Below are positions 6,452 through 14,360 of a stretch of 64,000 nucleotides of DNA, in pieces. Both the position numbers and the translations under genes were made by a program. The DNA comes from a virus, in IMG/VR virus record IMGVR_UViG_3300044837_000097, positions 1-64,000 of that record, one strand, 5' to 3'. Positions within the stretch are counted from its first letter, which is position 1, and each line of letters starts with the position of its first letter. The notes under the pieces were generated by a model. It made no database searches. It was given only the letters and a program-made list of their open reading frames with translations, and was not told the DNA's origin.

Positions 6452-6525
6452 GCCGTTATCTGCTATGGGTAGGCAACGAGGCTTTCAACTTCGTAGACAG
6501 GGTTCGAGTCCCTGTAGCGGTACCA
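6452..6525 (+). tRNA. tRNA-Glu(TTC)
   Basis: CGAGG-CTTTCAA-CTTCG, CCA. Confidence 0.88.
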
Positions 6526-6626
6526 ATTTTCGAAACGCGCCCATTCGTAGAGTGGGCTATCCCGGTCACTGCCGGGCGCTACGACGATAGCGTGAGTCGG
6601 TCAATACGACATCGCAAAGTTTCAGT

Positions 6627-6700
6627 GGGGTGCGAGTAGGACGGGAATACGGTTGCCTTGCCCGCATCAAGACGGGGTTCGACTCCCCGGCGCTCCACCA
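6627..6700 (+). tRNA. tRNA-Ala(TGC)
   Basis: G3:U70, A73, CCA; loop CTTGCCC. Confidence 0.8.
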
Positions 6701-6755
6701 AATTATAGGAGAGTGATATGACAGTTATACATTAGGTAACTCGGGAGGGTTATTT

Positions 6756-7118
6756 ATGTCTAAGTCATATCGCAAGCCTTGGGGTACGTATGTTGCTGTA
6801 AAGAGCAGCGCACATGCCGATAAGACGTTCGCCGCTCGCGCAATGCGTAGAGCGCAGAATCAGTCCTTGAGAGAAGCAATTCGTGACGACGACTGGGAAG
6901 GCTGGTTGATTCCCGAACGCTACGAGTGCAGAGACAACGATGTGTGGGGTTGGGGCCGAGACGGCAAGCAGCGTCCGATGTACCCGAGCAATCAGTATAA
7001 CAACCCATACGCATACGTATCCAGTCCGACGTGGATGGATGAAGAACAAATCTTCGCACGCTGGGAAGAACGCAAGAGCCACAACGATGATTTTATGGCC
7101 GATGCTTCTCGTAAATAG
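6756..7118 (+). CDS. hypothetical protein
   Basis: GGAGG RBS; MSKSYRKP..DK..A.R..RR. Confidence 0.75.
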   Translation: MSKSYRKPWGTYVAVKSSAHADKTFAARAMRRAQNQSLREAIRDDDWEGWLIPERYECRDNDVWGWGRDGKQRPMYPSNQYNNPYAYVSSPTWMDEEQIFARWEERKSHNDDFMADASRK

Positions 7119-7126
7119 TTTTCTGT

Positions 7127-7200
7127 TCCTCGCTCGTCCAATGGCAGGACGCATGCTTGATAGGCGTGTTATCGTGGTTCGAGTCCACGGTGAGGAACCA
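7127..7200 (+). tRNA. tRNA-Ile(GAT)
   Basis: loop TTGATAG, CCA. Confidence 0.88.
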
Positions 7201-7284
7201 AGTTCGAACAGACACGGGACCCGCTGTACACGGGTTGTCTGCTTCGGTGAGGAACTCCTGATAGGGCACCGATAAATTTTCTGT

Positions 7285-7361
7285 TGCGGGGTAGAGTTCT
7301 GGTGAACTCCGGTGTCTCATAAGCACACGCAGGCTGGGTTCGATTCCCGCTTCCGCAACCA
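7285..7361 (+). tRNA. tRNA-Met(CAT), initiator-like acceptor stem
   Basis: loop CTCATAA; TGCGGGG..CCGCAACCA; lacks the three G-C anticodon-stem pairs. Confidence 0.8.
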
Positions 7362-7370
7362 ATTTTCTGA

Positions 7371-7444
7371 GCGGGTGTGGTGTAATGGCAGCACCTCATC
7401 CTTCCAAGTTGAGTGTACGGGTCCGAGTCCCGTCGCCCGCTCCA
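7371..7444 (+). tRNA. tRNA-Gly(TCC)
   Basis: loop CTTCCAA, U73, CCA. Confidence 0.88.
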
Positions 7445-7452
7445 AGTTTTGA

Positions 7453-7526
7453 GCCTTGATGGTCTAGTGGTAGAACAGTTCCTTGGTAAGGAACAGGTCG
7501 TGGTTCGATTCCACGTCATGGCTCCA
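7453..7526 (+). tRNA. tRNA-Thr(GGT)
   Basis: GTTCC-TTGGTAA-GGAAC, CCA. Confidence 0.9.
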
Positions 7527-7534
7527 AGTTTTGA

Positions 7535-7608
7535 GCACGGTTAGTTTAGTGGCAGAACTGCCGCCTTGTAAGCGGTTGGCGTGTGTTCGATTCACACCCT
7601 GTGCTCCA
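7535..7608 (+). tRNA. tRNA-Thr(TGT)
   Basis: loop CTTGTAA, CCA. Confidence 0.9.
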
Positions 7609-7616
7609 AGTTCTGA

Positions 7617-7690
7617 GCGATGTTGGTGTAGTGGCAGCACGAGACCTTGCCAAGGTCTAGGTATCGTTTCGATTACGATACGTCGCTCCA
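7617..7690 (+). tRNA. tRNA-Gly(GCC)
   Basis: AGACC-TTGCCAA-GGTCT, U73, CCA. Confidence 0.9.
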
Positions 7691-7705
7691 ATTTTAAGAG
7701 GGACT

Positions 7706-8038
7706 ATGACCGACAACATGAGTGGCTCATCTCAGTTCGCTTTGTTTGCTTTAATCGGCGTCGGAGTTTTGGCCTGCTTAGGCGATGCGTACACAACTTT
7801 AAAGGGCTTCGATGTCGGTTTGGTAGAAGGCAATCCTGTTGCTCGTTGGCTTCAAAAGAAATTGGGATTTTCCTTATCGGCTTTTGTTGCAACTGGATTT
7901 TTTCTTGTATCCACTTCGATAATTTCCGTAGTTAGTCCGACTGCCGCGTTTGCAATAGCAGGTGGAGTCATTGCTCTGGAGACGTTCAATACAGTTCGAA
8001 ACTACTTGTTGTTCAAAAAGTACAGTAAGAAAAAGTAA
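7706..8038 (+). CDS. DUF5658-like membrane protein
   Basis: hydrophobic helices with DxxTT..G..EGNP motif. Confidence 0.7.
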   Translation: MTDNMSGSSQFALFALIGVGVLACLGDAYTTLKGFDVGLVEGNPVARWLQKKLGFSLSAFVATGFFLVSTSIISVVSPTAAFAIAGGVIALETFNTVRNYLLFKKYSKKK

Positions 8039-8062
8039 AGATTGTCAATCCACCAGTTTTGA

Positions 8063-8136
8063 GCACGGTTAGTCCAGTGGCAAGACGCTCCCCTCGTAAG
8101 GCAGAAGCGTTGGTTCGATTCCAGCACTGTGCTCCA
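8063..8136 (+). tRNA. tRNA-Thr(CGT)
   Basis: loop CTCGTAA, CCA. Confidence 0.82.
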
Positions 8137-8144
8137 GTTTCTAC

Positions 8145-8218
8145 TCGCCTTTAGCTCAGTGGTAGAGCGTCCGGCTGTTAACCGGGTGATGTTGGTTCGA
8201 TTCCAGCAGGGTGAGCCA
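8145..8218 (+). tRNA. tRNA-Asn(GTT), second copy
   Basis: canonical D and T arms, loop CTGTTAA, G73. Confidence 0.92.
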
Positions 8219-8223
8219 AGTTT

Positions 8224-8352
8224 CTGTTGTGACGCCGAACGGCAAGGCGCATCTAACATGAGGTAGATTCGAAGGCGGCTTAGTCCGTACGTGCTGACTT
8301 AGACAGCATTCGTCCATCGAGTCTACGTGTGGGTTCGAATCCCATCAACTGA
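8224..8352 (+). ncRNA. tRNA-like RNA with ~60-nt branched insertion, no CCA
   Basis: D arm CGCC-GAACGGCAA-GGCG; T arm GTGGG-TTCGAAT-CCCAT; insert closed by GTAGATTCGA/TCGAGTCTAC. Confidence 0.55.
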
Positions 8353-8362
8353 AAGTTTCAGC

Positions 8363-8438
8363 GAGTCGAAAGTGTTAGTGGCAGCATGTCGGTCTCCAAA
8401 ACCGTACGGTGGGGGTTCAAGTCCCTCTCTTCTCGCCA
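8363..8438 (+). tRNA. tRNA-Trp(CCA)
   Basis: loop CTCCAAA, G73, CCA. Confidence 0.82.
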
Positions 8439-8461
8439 ATTTTTGTACGTACAATTAGAAA

Positions 8462-8504
8462 GAGGGGAGCCGCGAACTCCCCTCAATCCTTTCGCGGGGG
8501 ATTT
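8462..8504 (+). promoter_or_regulatory. RBS-occluding pseudoknot
   Basis: GAGGGGAG-CCGCGAA-CTCCCCTC; loop complementary to TTCGCGG overlapping SD. Confidence 0.75.
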
Positions 8505-8855
8505 ATGAAGTGCGAATATCACGTTTGTAATAAAGAAGCAGGCACAAAAAGATATTGTTCTCGACCATGTAATACAAAACACCGTATTCACAAGGCAAGA
8601 AAAATTCAAAAACAGAAAGCCGTTGAATATCTCGGCGGTAAGTGCTCTCAGTGTGGATACAGCCGATGCATCGAGGCACTTCATTTTCACCACTTGAGAG
8701 ACAAACTTTTTGAAATCGGTAAGATGATTGGCTATCGTCAGGCGTGGTTAAAAATTCAAGCAGAACTAGATAAGTGTGTTTTACTTTGCGCCAACTGCCA
8801 TCATGAGTTTCATTACGGAGGGTTGACAGAACCCGGCATTGTGTCCGCTTGCTAA
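8505..8855 (+). CDS. HNH endonuclease
   Basis: GGKCSQCGY..ALHFHH..ELDKCVLLCANCHHEFH. Confidence 0.88.
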   Translation: MKCEYHVCNKEAGTKRYCSRPCNTKHRIHKARKIQKQKAVEYLGGKCSQCGYSRCIEALHFHHLRDKLFEIGKMIGYRQAWLKIQAELDKCVLLCANCHHEFHYGGLTEPGIVSAC

Positions 8856-8906
8856 GCGGCAGCCACCCGAGAGGGTGTGTAGGTTCAAATCCTACACCTT
8901 CCGCCA
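8817..8906 (+). tRNA. tRNA-Ser(GCT)
   Basis: loop TTGCTAA, long variable arm, G73. Confidence 0.9.
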
Positions 8907-8913
8907 ATTTTAC

Positions 8914-9000
8914 GGATGATTGGGCTTCATGGGGAGCAGCAGTCTTGAAAACTGTCCCGACTGAAAGGTCGAGAGGGTTCGATTCCTTCATCATCCGCCA
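8914..9000 (+). tRNA. tRNA-Ser(TGA)
   Basis: loop CTTGAAA, long variable arm, G73. Confidence 0.88.
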
Positions 9001-9005
9001 TTTAT

Positions 9006-9090
9006 GGAAGACAGTGCGAATGGCTCGCAACGGGTTTCGAACACCCGACCAGCCGCAAGGCTGACAGCTCAATTCTGTTCTCTTCCCCCA
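9006..9090 (+). tRNA. tRNA-Ser(CGA), atypical
   Basis: CGGGT-TTCGAAC-ACCCG, long variable arm; T loop CTCAATT, C73. Confidence 0.65.
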
Positions 9091-9091
9091 T

Positions 9092-9166
9092 CCCGTGCTA
9101 GTGTTAGCGGTAGCACCCCGGCTTGAAACCCCGGTAGGTAAGGTTCGAATCCTTAGAGCGGGACCA
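9092..9166 (+). tRNA. tRNA-Phe(GAA)
   Basis: loop TTGAAAC, CCA; acceptor mismatches. Confidence 0.75.
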
Positions 9167-9175
9167 AGTTTCTGT

Positions 9176-9255
9176 GCCTCGGTAGCTCAGAGCGATAAGA
9201 GCAATCGGTTTTTAACCGATAGGTCGTCCGCGCTGCGTCGGATTCGAGGCTTCCA
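9176..9255 (+). tRNA. tRNA-Lys(TTT)-like with aberrant T arm
   Basis: good D and anticodon arms (ATCGG-TTTTTAA-CCGAT); T loop lacks TTC. Confidence 0.55.
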
Positions 9256-9264
9256 ATTTTCTGT

Positions 9265-9338
9265 TGAGATGTCGTTTAATGGTAGGACAAGCGGCTTTGA
9301 CCCGCTGAATAAAGGTTCGAATCCTTTCGCCTCAACCA
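9265..9338 (+). tRNA. tRNA-Gln(TTG)
   Basis: U1-A72, loop CTTTGAC, CCA. Confidence 0.88.
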
Positions 9339-9436
9339 ATCTCGCGTCGTCGGTCAGGTACTTTGAGAGCGCGGCTAGACGCAATCTCGGAGGAAAAGGA
9401 CCCCATCGCCCTAGTGGGGACGGCGTTTATTTCTGT

Positions 9437-9510
9437 TCGGATGTCTTTCAACGGTAGGAAGCGCGGCTCTGAACCGCGTAATGCACGTTCGAGTCGTGCC
9501 GCCCGAACCA
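9437..9510 (+). tRNA. tRNA-Gln(CTG)
   Basis: U1-A72, CGCGG-CTCTGAA-CCGCG, CCA. Confidence 0.88.
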
Positions 9511-9516
9511 ATCTTA

Positions 9517-9552
9517 AAAGAGCCTCACCTTCCCGGTGGGGCTTTTGTGTTT
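9517..9552 (+). terminator. intrinsic terminator ending tRNA array
   Basis: GAGCCTCACC-TTCCC-GGTGGGGCTT followed by T-rich tail. Confidence 0.7.
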
Positions 9553-9562
9553 CAGGAGACTT

Positions 9563-9925
9563 ATGGCCCCAACAGGCACCGCTGTTTATCAGCAAGCATC
9601 GACGCAGCAAGGCAGCACTCTCGCGACTGCATACACCAACCCCAGTAACCTCGACTTGTTGCAAATCGTTTCGAAGAAGGGTGGCGCGGTTCTACTGAAC
9701 GTGGACCATGCCGGGGCAGTTCACAAGCCAGCCTCGGGAGCGACAGGCGATACTATCATCGGTGATTTTGCCACGAACTTTCAATCAAGTGACAACGCAA
9801 CGGTTGCCCAACTGTTCGCGGACACATTCTCGAATCCCTCCAAGCAGGATATCATCCAAGCCATCAACATTGGTGGAAACGTTCACTACTACCTTGACTT
9901 TCAAGGAGTGGCGCACGGTTCTTAA
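9563..9925 (+). CDS. hypothetical protein with internal duplication (NPSNLDLLQI / NPSKQDIIQA)
   Basis: AGGAG RBS; two similar halves. Confidence 0.75.
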   Translation: MAPTGTAVYQQASTQQGSTLATAYTNPSNLDLLQIVSKKGGAVLLNVDHAGAVHKPASGATGDTIIGDFATNFQSSDNATVAQLFADTFSNPSKQDIIQAINIGGNVHYYLDFQGVAHGS

Positions 9926-10030
9926 TCCCCTGCGCTGAACTTCCATGTGGCAGAGAACCTGTCCACGTTGTGGTAAGCAGATTTTCAAACGCGACCCTTG
10001 GGTCGTAATCGTGTGTTTGTGTGGGTGGAT

Positions 10031-10294
10031 ATGGCACGCATGACAAAGAAACAGTTGGAAGAGAAAATTGCACAGCTTGAGCAGCGCATTATCGAACTGC
10101 AAAGTCAGATGCTTGCTCTTTTTCTTCGTCAGCCAATCGCGCCCCAAGCGCTGCCTACGTTTCAGCCGCCTGTGGTGATTCCGTCGCCGGTGATGCCATA
10201 TCTTCCGCACATCGGAGACTGGCCGGGTCATTCAACAACGATTTGTACTTCATCAAATTTGTCGAGTTGCCTCGAAAGAACGCAGCGCGATTGA
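10031..10294 (+). CDS. hypothetical coiled-coil/Pro-rich protein
   Basis: heptad N-terminus then Pro-rich tail. Confidence 0.55.
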   Translation: MARMTKKQLEEKIAQLEQRIIELQSQMLALFLRQPIAPQALPTFQPPVVIPSPVMPYLPHIGDWPGHSTTICTSSNLSSCLERTQRD

Positions 10295-10419
10295 CGGCAA
10301 TCCGCACCTTCGGGCAGCGGCAAGCTGTAAGCAGGAAAGCGGTTGGCGCTCAACGCCGTCCGCACTTCCTTCTCTGGGCCGGGGTCACAACTCGGTAGAG
10401 AGGGATAAGGAAAACAATC

Positions 10420-11004
10420 ATGTCAGTTATCGCAGACTTTCAAGTAAGTCCGTTGTTCCCGTCAATTGTCGGCGGCACAGGCACCACCGCGAAGTATTTC
10501 CCGCGCGCGCTTGGCGCATCCATCGGCGTACAGAGCGTAGCTCCGTCGTCAACGAACGCCGCAGGCCAGTTGAGCGTTCCGGGCAACTCAATTTTGAACG
10601 GCCAGCTTTTTGAAGTTCTCGTTGGCGCATCGTTCGGAAACGATTCGGGCGACCCATCGGGCACCGTGAAGTTGGAACTGGTTGCCAACACGGGCACGTT
10701 GACGACCCCGTCGTATACCGTGCTTGCATCGACCACCGCACAGGTTCCGTCAACACAGCCTGTTGACGCAGCCTTCAAGGTGACCTTGTTCGGTACCAGC
10801 GCATCAGGCATTGTGCAGGGTTCGTACCTAGCATTGATGAACGGCGCAATCAACAATACCACTCCGAAGGCGTTGGACAACAACCTTTCGGGCATCAAGT
10901 TCTCGAACGGCGTGCCGTTCGGATTGGTGGTTCGCGCAACGTTCGGAACGTCGGACGCGACGAACACCGCTTCGTTGTACCAGTTCCAGATTGCCGCAGC
11001 GTAA
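10420..11004 (+). CDS. putative virion structural/decoration protein
   Basis: strong RBS, Gly/Ser/Thr/Ala-rich beta composition, followed by terminator. Confidence 0.7.
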   Translation: MSVIADFQVSPLFPSIVGGTGTTAKYFPRALGASIGVQSVAPSSTNAAGQLSVPGNSILNGQLFEVLVGASFGNDSGDPSGTVKLELVANTGTLTTPSYTVLASTTAQVPSTQPVDAAFKVTLFGTSASGIVQGSYLALMNGAINNTTPKALDNNLSGIKFSNGVPFGLVVRATFGTSDATNTASLYQFQIAAA

Positions 11005-11009
11005 AACTT

Positions 11010-11040
11010 AGGGGCGGGCTTCGGCTCGCCTCACTTTTCC
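11010..11040 (+). terminator. intrinsic terminator
   Basis: GGGGCGGGC-TTCG-GCTCGCCTC then CTTTT. Confidence 0.65.
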
Positions 11041-11131
11041 TGTCGCAGGTGCGCCCCTAAATACGGCGACCTCGCAGCGTGTGAAATCCACGGCGCGTCG
11101 AGTCATAGCCCCGACACCCTTTAAGGACACT

Positions 11132-11449
11132 ATGTTTGACCCAGCACAACTGACACTGGGACAGGTGTCTTCGGCCCTCAGAGACTTTGCTATCGTAGGA
11201 TTCCTTGTCGGCGGCGCGTGGAAAGCACGCGGCCTGTTTGAGAGCGGCAAGAAATTCTTTGAGCGTTTGACGACATTCATGACTGTGGTTCAAGAAGATA
11301 GCGCATTTATCCGAGAGGGTATGCGAACGCTTTTGACCAATCACCTGACCCATATGGAAGCAGACTTGAGAAATATGTCCCAGCGACAGGTTCGCGCGAC
11401 GGAGTACGAGCGCGCAGCTTATTTGACCGAGGACGAGACGGAGAAGTAA
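11132..11449 (+). CDS. single-TM protein (holin/antiholin-like)
   Basis: AAGGA RBS; one TM then coiled coil. Confidence 0.55.
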   Translation: MFDPAQLTLGQVSSALRDFAIVGFLVGGAWKARGLFESGKKFFERLTTFMTVVQEDSAFIREGMRTLLTNHLTHMEADLRNMSQRQVRATEYERAAYLTEDETEK

Positions 11450-11632
11450 ATGCCGTTCGAGAGCAAAGCCCAACAAGGCTACCTTCACGCGCACCCGGAA
11501 AAACTAGGTGCGGCAAAACTGGCTGAGTTTGACGCGGCTACGAAGGGGATGCACCACCTCCCAGAGCACGTAAAGGACGGGAAGCCGTCTTATAAGCAAG
11601 TGCGCGCGACAAGAAAAGAGGTCAATAAGTAA
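11450..11632 (+). CDS. small phage protein (MPFxSKAQ type)
   Basis: TAAATG coupling; N-terminus typical of small phage head-region genes. Confidence 0.7.
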   Translation: MPFESKAQQGYLHAHPEKLGAAKLAEFDAATKGMHHLPEHVKDGKPSYKQVRATRKEVNK

Positions 11633-11641
11633 GGGGATAAC

Positions 11642-12322
11642 GTGGCAGATAAACTAGTACAAATTGAGCCAGCCTCTGGCGTACAGAGATGGGCGCTTGC
11701 GTTCGTTGGCGGCAAAGACACTGGCGACCAGCCGAAGTCTTGCTTCAATTGCCCGTTCCTTTACATTCACCAAAAACGCTGTCAGATTCACGGACCTGAT
11801 ATTGTCATTGACCGCGTTACAAAAGACGGAAATGTTTATACGCCCGTTTGTATCTACCAACGCGGCGGAACACCGCTCTCGGTTGGGGATAACGAAGTTG
11901 TTTACAACGTGAACACGCTTGGTGATAAAGCGGCGGACCAAACAGGATTAGAGTGGGCTAAAAGCCCCGCCGGGACAAATTGCGGTGGGTTCAAGCAGGG
12001 CGCGTCTTGCAAACACTTCGTAGTTACGGATGATAAAGGCGTTGACGGTAATTGCGCTCTTATGTCCAAAGAACAAGATGAGACCAGCGATTCCATGTCT
12101 GAGCACAAAGGACAAAGCGTTGACTGGGACGATTGCTGCGATGGTCACGAAGGCGAAAACATATCTTGGCGAGAAGCACAGAAGTTAATGCCAACCGAGT
12201 CTAAGAAGTTTAAGTTAGAAGATTCTAGTTTCGGGGCACAGAAGAGTCAACCAAAAACCGAAGATTCTGAGTACGCCCGCGCAAGAGAAATCCGTAAACA
12301 GAAGCAGAATTTGAATTATTAG
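11642..12322 (+). CDS. Cys-rich protein with two HiPIP-like Cys clusters
   Basis: CFNCPF..C..C and CGG..CKHF..C..CC. Confidence 0.6.
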   Translation: MADKLVQIEPASGVQRWALAFVGGKDTGDQPKSCFNCPFLYIHQKRCQIHGPDIVIDRVTKDGNVYTPVCIYQRGGTPLSVGDNEVVYNVNTLGDKAADQTGLEWAKSPAGTNCGGFKQGASCKHFVVTDDKGVDGNCALMSKEQDETSDSMSEHKGQSVDWDDCCDGHEGENISWREAQKLMPTESKKFKLEDSSFGAQKSQPKTEDSEYARAREIRKQKQNLNY

Positions 12323-12372
12323 TTAAAATTCCTCGGGAAAAGACGTTTTTCAACGAATTAGGAGATATTTTT

Positions 12373-12639
12373 ATGGAGCACAAAAATAGGGCGCATCACG
12401 GTTTTTCTCACTCCCATTTTGAACACCACGCTGACGGCAGTATCACAGTCCACCACGCTCATCACGACGGCCCTCATAAGGATGTCAAACATGCGGCTGC
12501 GGACCTCGACGAAGCTCATGATTCTATGCAGGATAATCTCGGCACACCAAATTCCGGCGAAGGTCATGATATGAATAACGTGGCGATGGCACCGGGCGCA
12601 GCAGCACCGGGAACGGCGGCAGCACCCACCGGGGCTTAA
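12373..12639 (+). CDS. His-rich small protein
   Basis: AGGAG RBS; many His in first 55 aa. Confidence 0.7.
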   Translation: MEHKNRAHHGFSHSHFEHHADGSITVHHAHHDGPHKDVKHAAADLDEAHDSMQDNLGTPNSGEGHDMNNVAMAPGAAAPGTAAAPTGA

Positions 12640-12640
12640 T

Positions 12641-12838
12641 ATGGCAAAGCATAACGTCTCTCTTTACAGAGCAATGCATGGATTGCGTCGTGGCGGCCTG
12701 CACCGCGCGCTCCACATCCCGGAAGACCAGCCGATTCCGGCAGACCGTTTGGAAGCGGCAAAGAACTCGAAGAACTCTCACGTCAAGCACATGGCAAATT
12801 TCGCAGCGACGATGAGCGGATTTAAGCACAAGGGATAA
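12641..12838 (+). CDS. small basic phage protein (GxLHRxLxIPxxxxIP type)
   Basis: operon spacing and motif. Confidence 0.7.
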   Translation: MAKHNVSLYRAMHGLRRGGLHRALHIPEDQPIPADRLEAAKNSKNSHVKHMANFAATMSGFKHKG

Positions 12839-12839
12839 C

Positions 12840-13142
12840 ATGAAACTCAAGCTGGACTTCCTCACCCGCGCATTCGAGAAGGTCTCACCGTGGCTGGGCA
12901 AAGCGTTCAGCGACAGTGGGACTCCCAGCAGTTCTCGGCTAATGACTATCCCGCACAGTTTAACAGCTATTTTCTGTGCCGTGTACATGACAGTGAAAAC
13001 TGGCGGTCACCCGGACGGGATGGCGTTGACAGCACTGGGCGGATTCGCGACAGTTCATTATGCAATCAACCGCGCGACCACTGCTTGGAGCAAGGATAAT
13101 ACTCCGAAGCTAGACGCCTCGGCAGAGCCATCAAAAGTTTAG
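12840..13142 (+). CDS. two-TM holin-like protein
   Basis: S-D-x-G-x-P-S-S-x-R then two hydrophobic helices. Confidence 0.55.
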   Translation: MKLKLDFLTRAFEKVSPWLGKAFSDSGTPSSSRLMTIPHSLTAIFCAVYMTVKTGGHPDGMALTALGGFATVHYAINRATTAWSKDNTPKLDASAEPSKV

Positions 13143-13221
13143 TAACCCGGAGCAGGGGGTCCCGCGAGGGAGCCGGGCTGGACGGTAATGCTCTGCAAAG
13201 AGCCGTTCACGAGAAAGCACG

Positions 13222-13956
13222 ATGAAGACTCTTCGCGGCCTGCTACTTGGCGTATGTTTGGTACTTTCCGTTCACCCAACACAGGCGGCAAATAAGAAGC
13301 ACGAGAAAGCACTGAATTCGACGTTCGTTCTTTACGGGCGCTCTGTCGGACAACACGTAGACCACCACGCATTATGCACGGCTTTCGTTTACAAGAAAGC
13401 GTCAGACGGATACTTTCTTCTAACAGCGGGGCATTGCTTTACAGCGGGAGCGCCTGCGGATGCGACCTACCTAGTTGCAGAAGGGCAGGTGAAAGATAAT
13501 CCAACTCTTCAACCTGTTGAAGTTTTGAATCACGTTGACCGGGCGGATATGGATGTGGCTGAACTTCATTTGAAGACCACGAAGAAATACGAAATTCTTG
13601 AATTGGATAAAAACCCGGCCAAGATAGACGACAAAGTTTTTTATGTGGGTTACCCGGAAATCGTAGCACAGGCTGTTTATACTGGTCGCGTCTCCAGCAA
13701 CATCATCGAGAGCGTCGGCCCGGACCCGAACGAACCTTGCGACCTTTGTAAGGGGCGTTTCATGATTCAAACGGGCGGCGGTGGAGGGGCAAGCGGCTCC
13801 CCTATCATCAGCGAACACACCGGTAAAGTTGTAGGAATTTTAGAAGGACACCTTTTTGAGAATGGCGTGGTTGTGGTTCCGGCTCCGGCTATTGAAGTTT
13901 ATTACGAGAAAGAGGGCCACTCAAAAAACGCACAAAGCGGGGAGAAAATCGAATGA
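13222..13956 (+). CDS. exported trypsin-like serine protease
   Basis: signal peptide; LTAGHC, DVAE, GASGSP catalytic motifs. Confidence 0.88.
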   Translation: MKTLRGLLLGVCLVLSVHPTQAANKKHEKALNSTFVLYGRSVGQHVDHHALCTAFVYKKASDGYFLLTAGHCFTAGAPADATYLVAEGQVKDNPTLQPVEVLNHVDRADMDVAELHLKTTKKYEILELDKNPAKIDDKVFYVGYPEIVAQAVYTGRVSSNIIESVGPDPNEPCDLCKGRFMIQTGGGGGASGSPIISEHTGKVVGILEGHLFENGVVVVPAPAIEVYYEKEGHSKNAQSGEKIE

Positions 13957-14066
13957 TTTTGCTTCTAATAAGTCTGCCACTTGTTGCTGTTATCGGCTTC
14001 TTGTTCGGGCTTGGTTTTCAACTCGCAAAGAAAGTTTTGAAGGCATAAGCCAATCGAGGAGTTAGC

Positions 14067-14339
14067 ATGGGCACAACAGCGAGCGTTATCGCCAGCGCGA
14101 AGAAGGCGTTGAACGACGCCGATAACTTCGGCCAGCGCGAGACAGGAAACAGAAAAGCTGGCGGCTTGCCGAGCTACAAGCAGGCAAGAGCGGCACGCCC
14201 CACGGCATCCACAGCATCAACGGCAGCCGCACCGCCGAGCACCGACAACCGCGAGTTCGCGGGAGTCCGTGCGAACCAGTCCAACGAACTTAATGCCGCT
14301 CTCGCAAGTCGAGAGCAGGCTCGGAAGGCACTGGAATAA
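14067..14339 (+). CDS. hypothetical protein
   Basis: GAGGAG RBS. Confidence 0.7.
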   Translation: MGTTASVIASAKKALNDADNFGQRETGNRKAGGLPSYKQARAARPTASTASTAAAPPSTDNREFAGVRANQSNELNAALASREQARKALE

Positions 14340-14360
14340 ATAATATCCGAGAGGCATCCA

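Noticed and set aside
6627-6700. tmRNA
   Set aside because: Ends resemble tmRNA (G3:U70) but it is 74 nt with a TGC anticodon arm, i.e. tRNA-Ala
2822-9698. Many ORF-track ORFs overlapping tRNAs on both strands
   Set aside because: Shadow ORFs of RNA genes, without RBS or protein motifs
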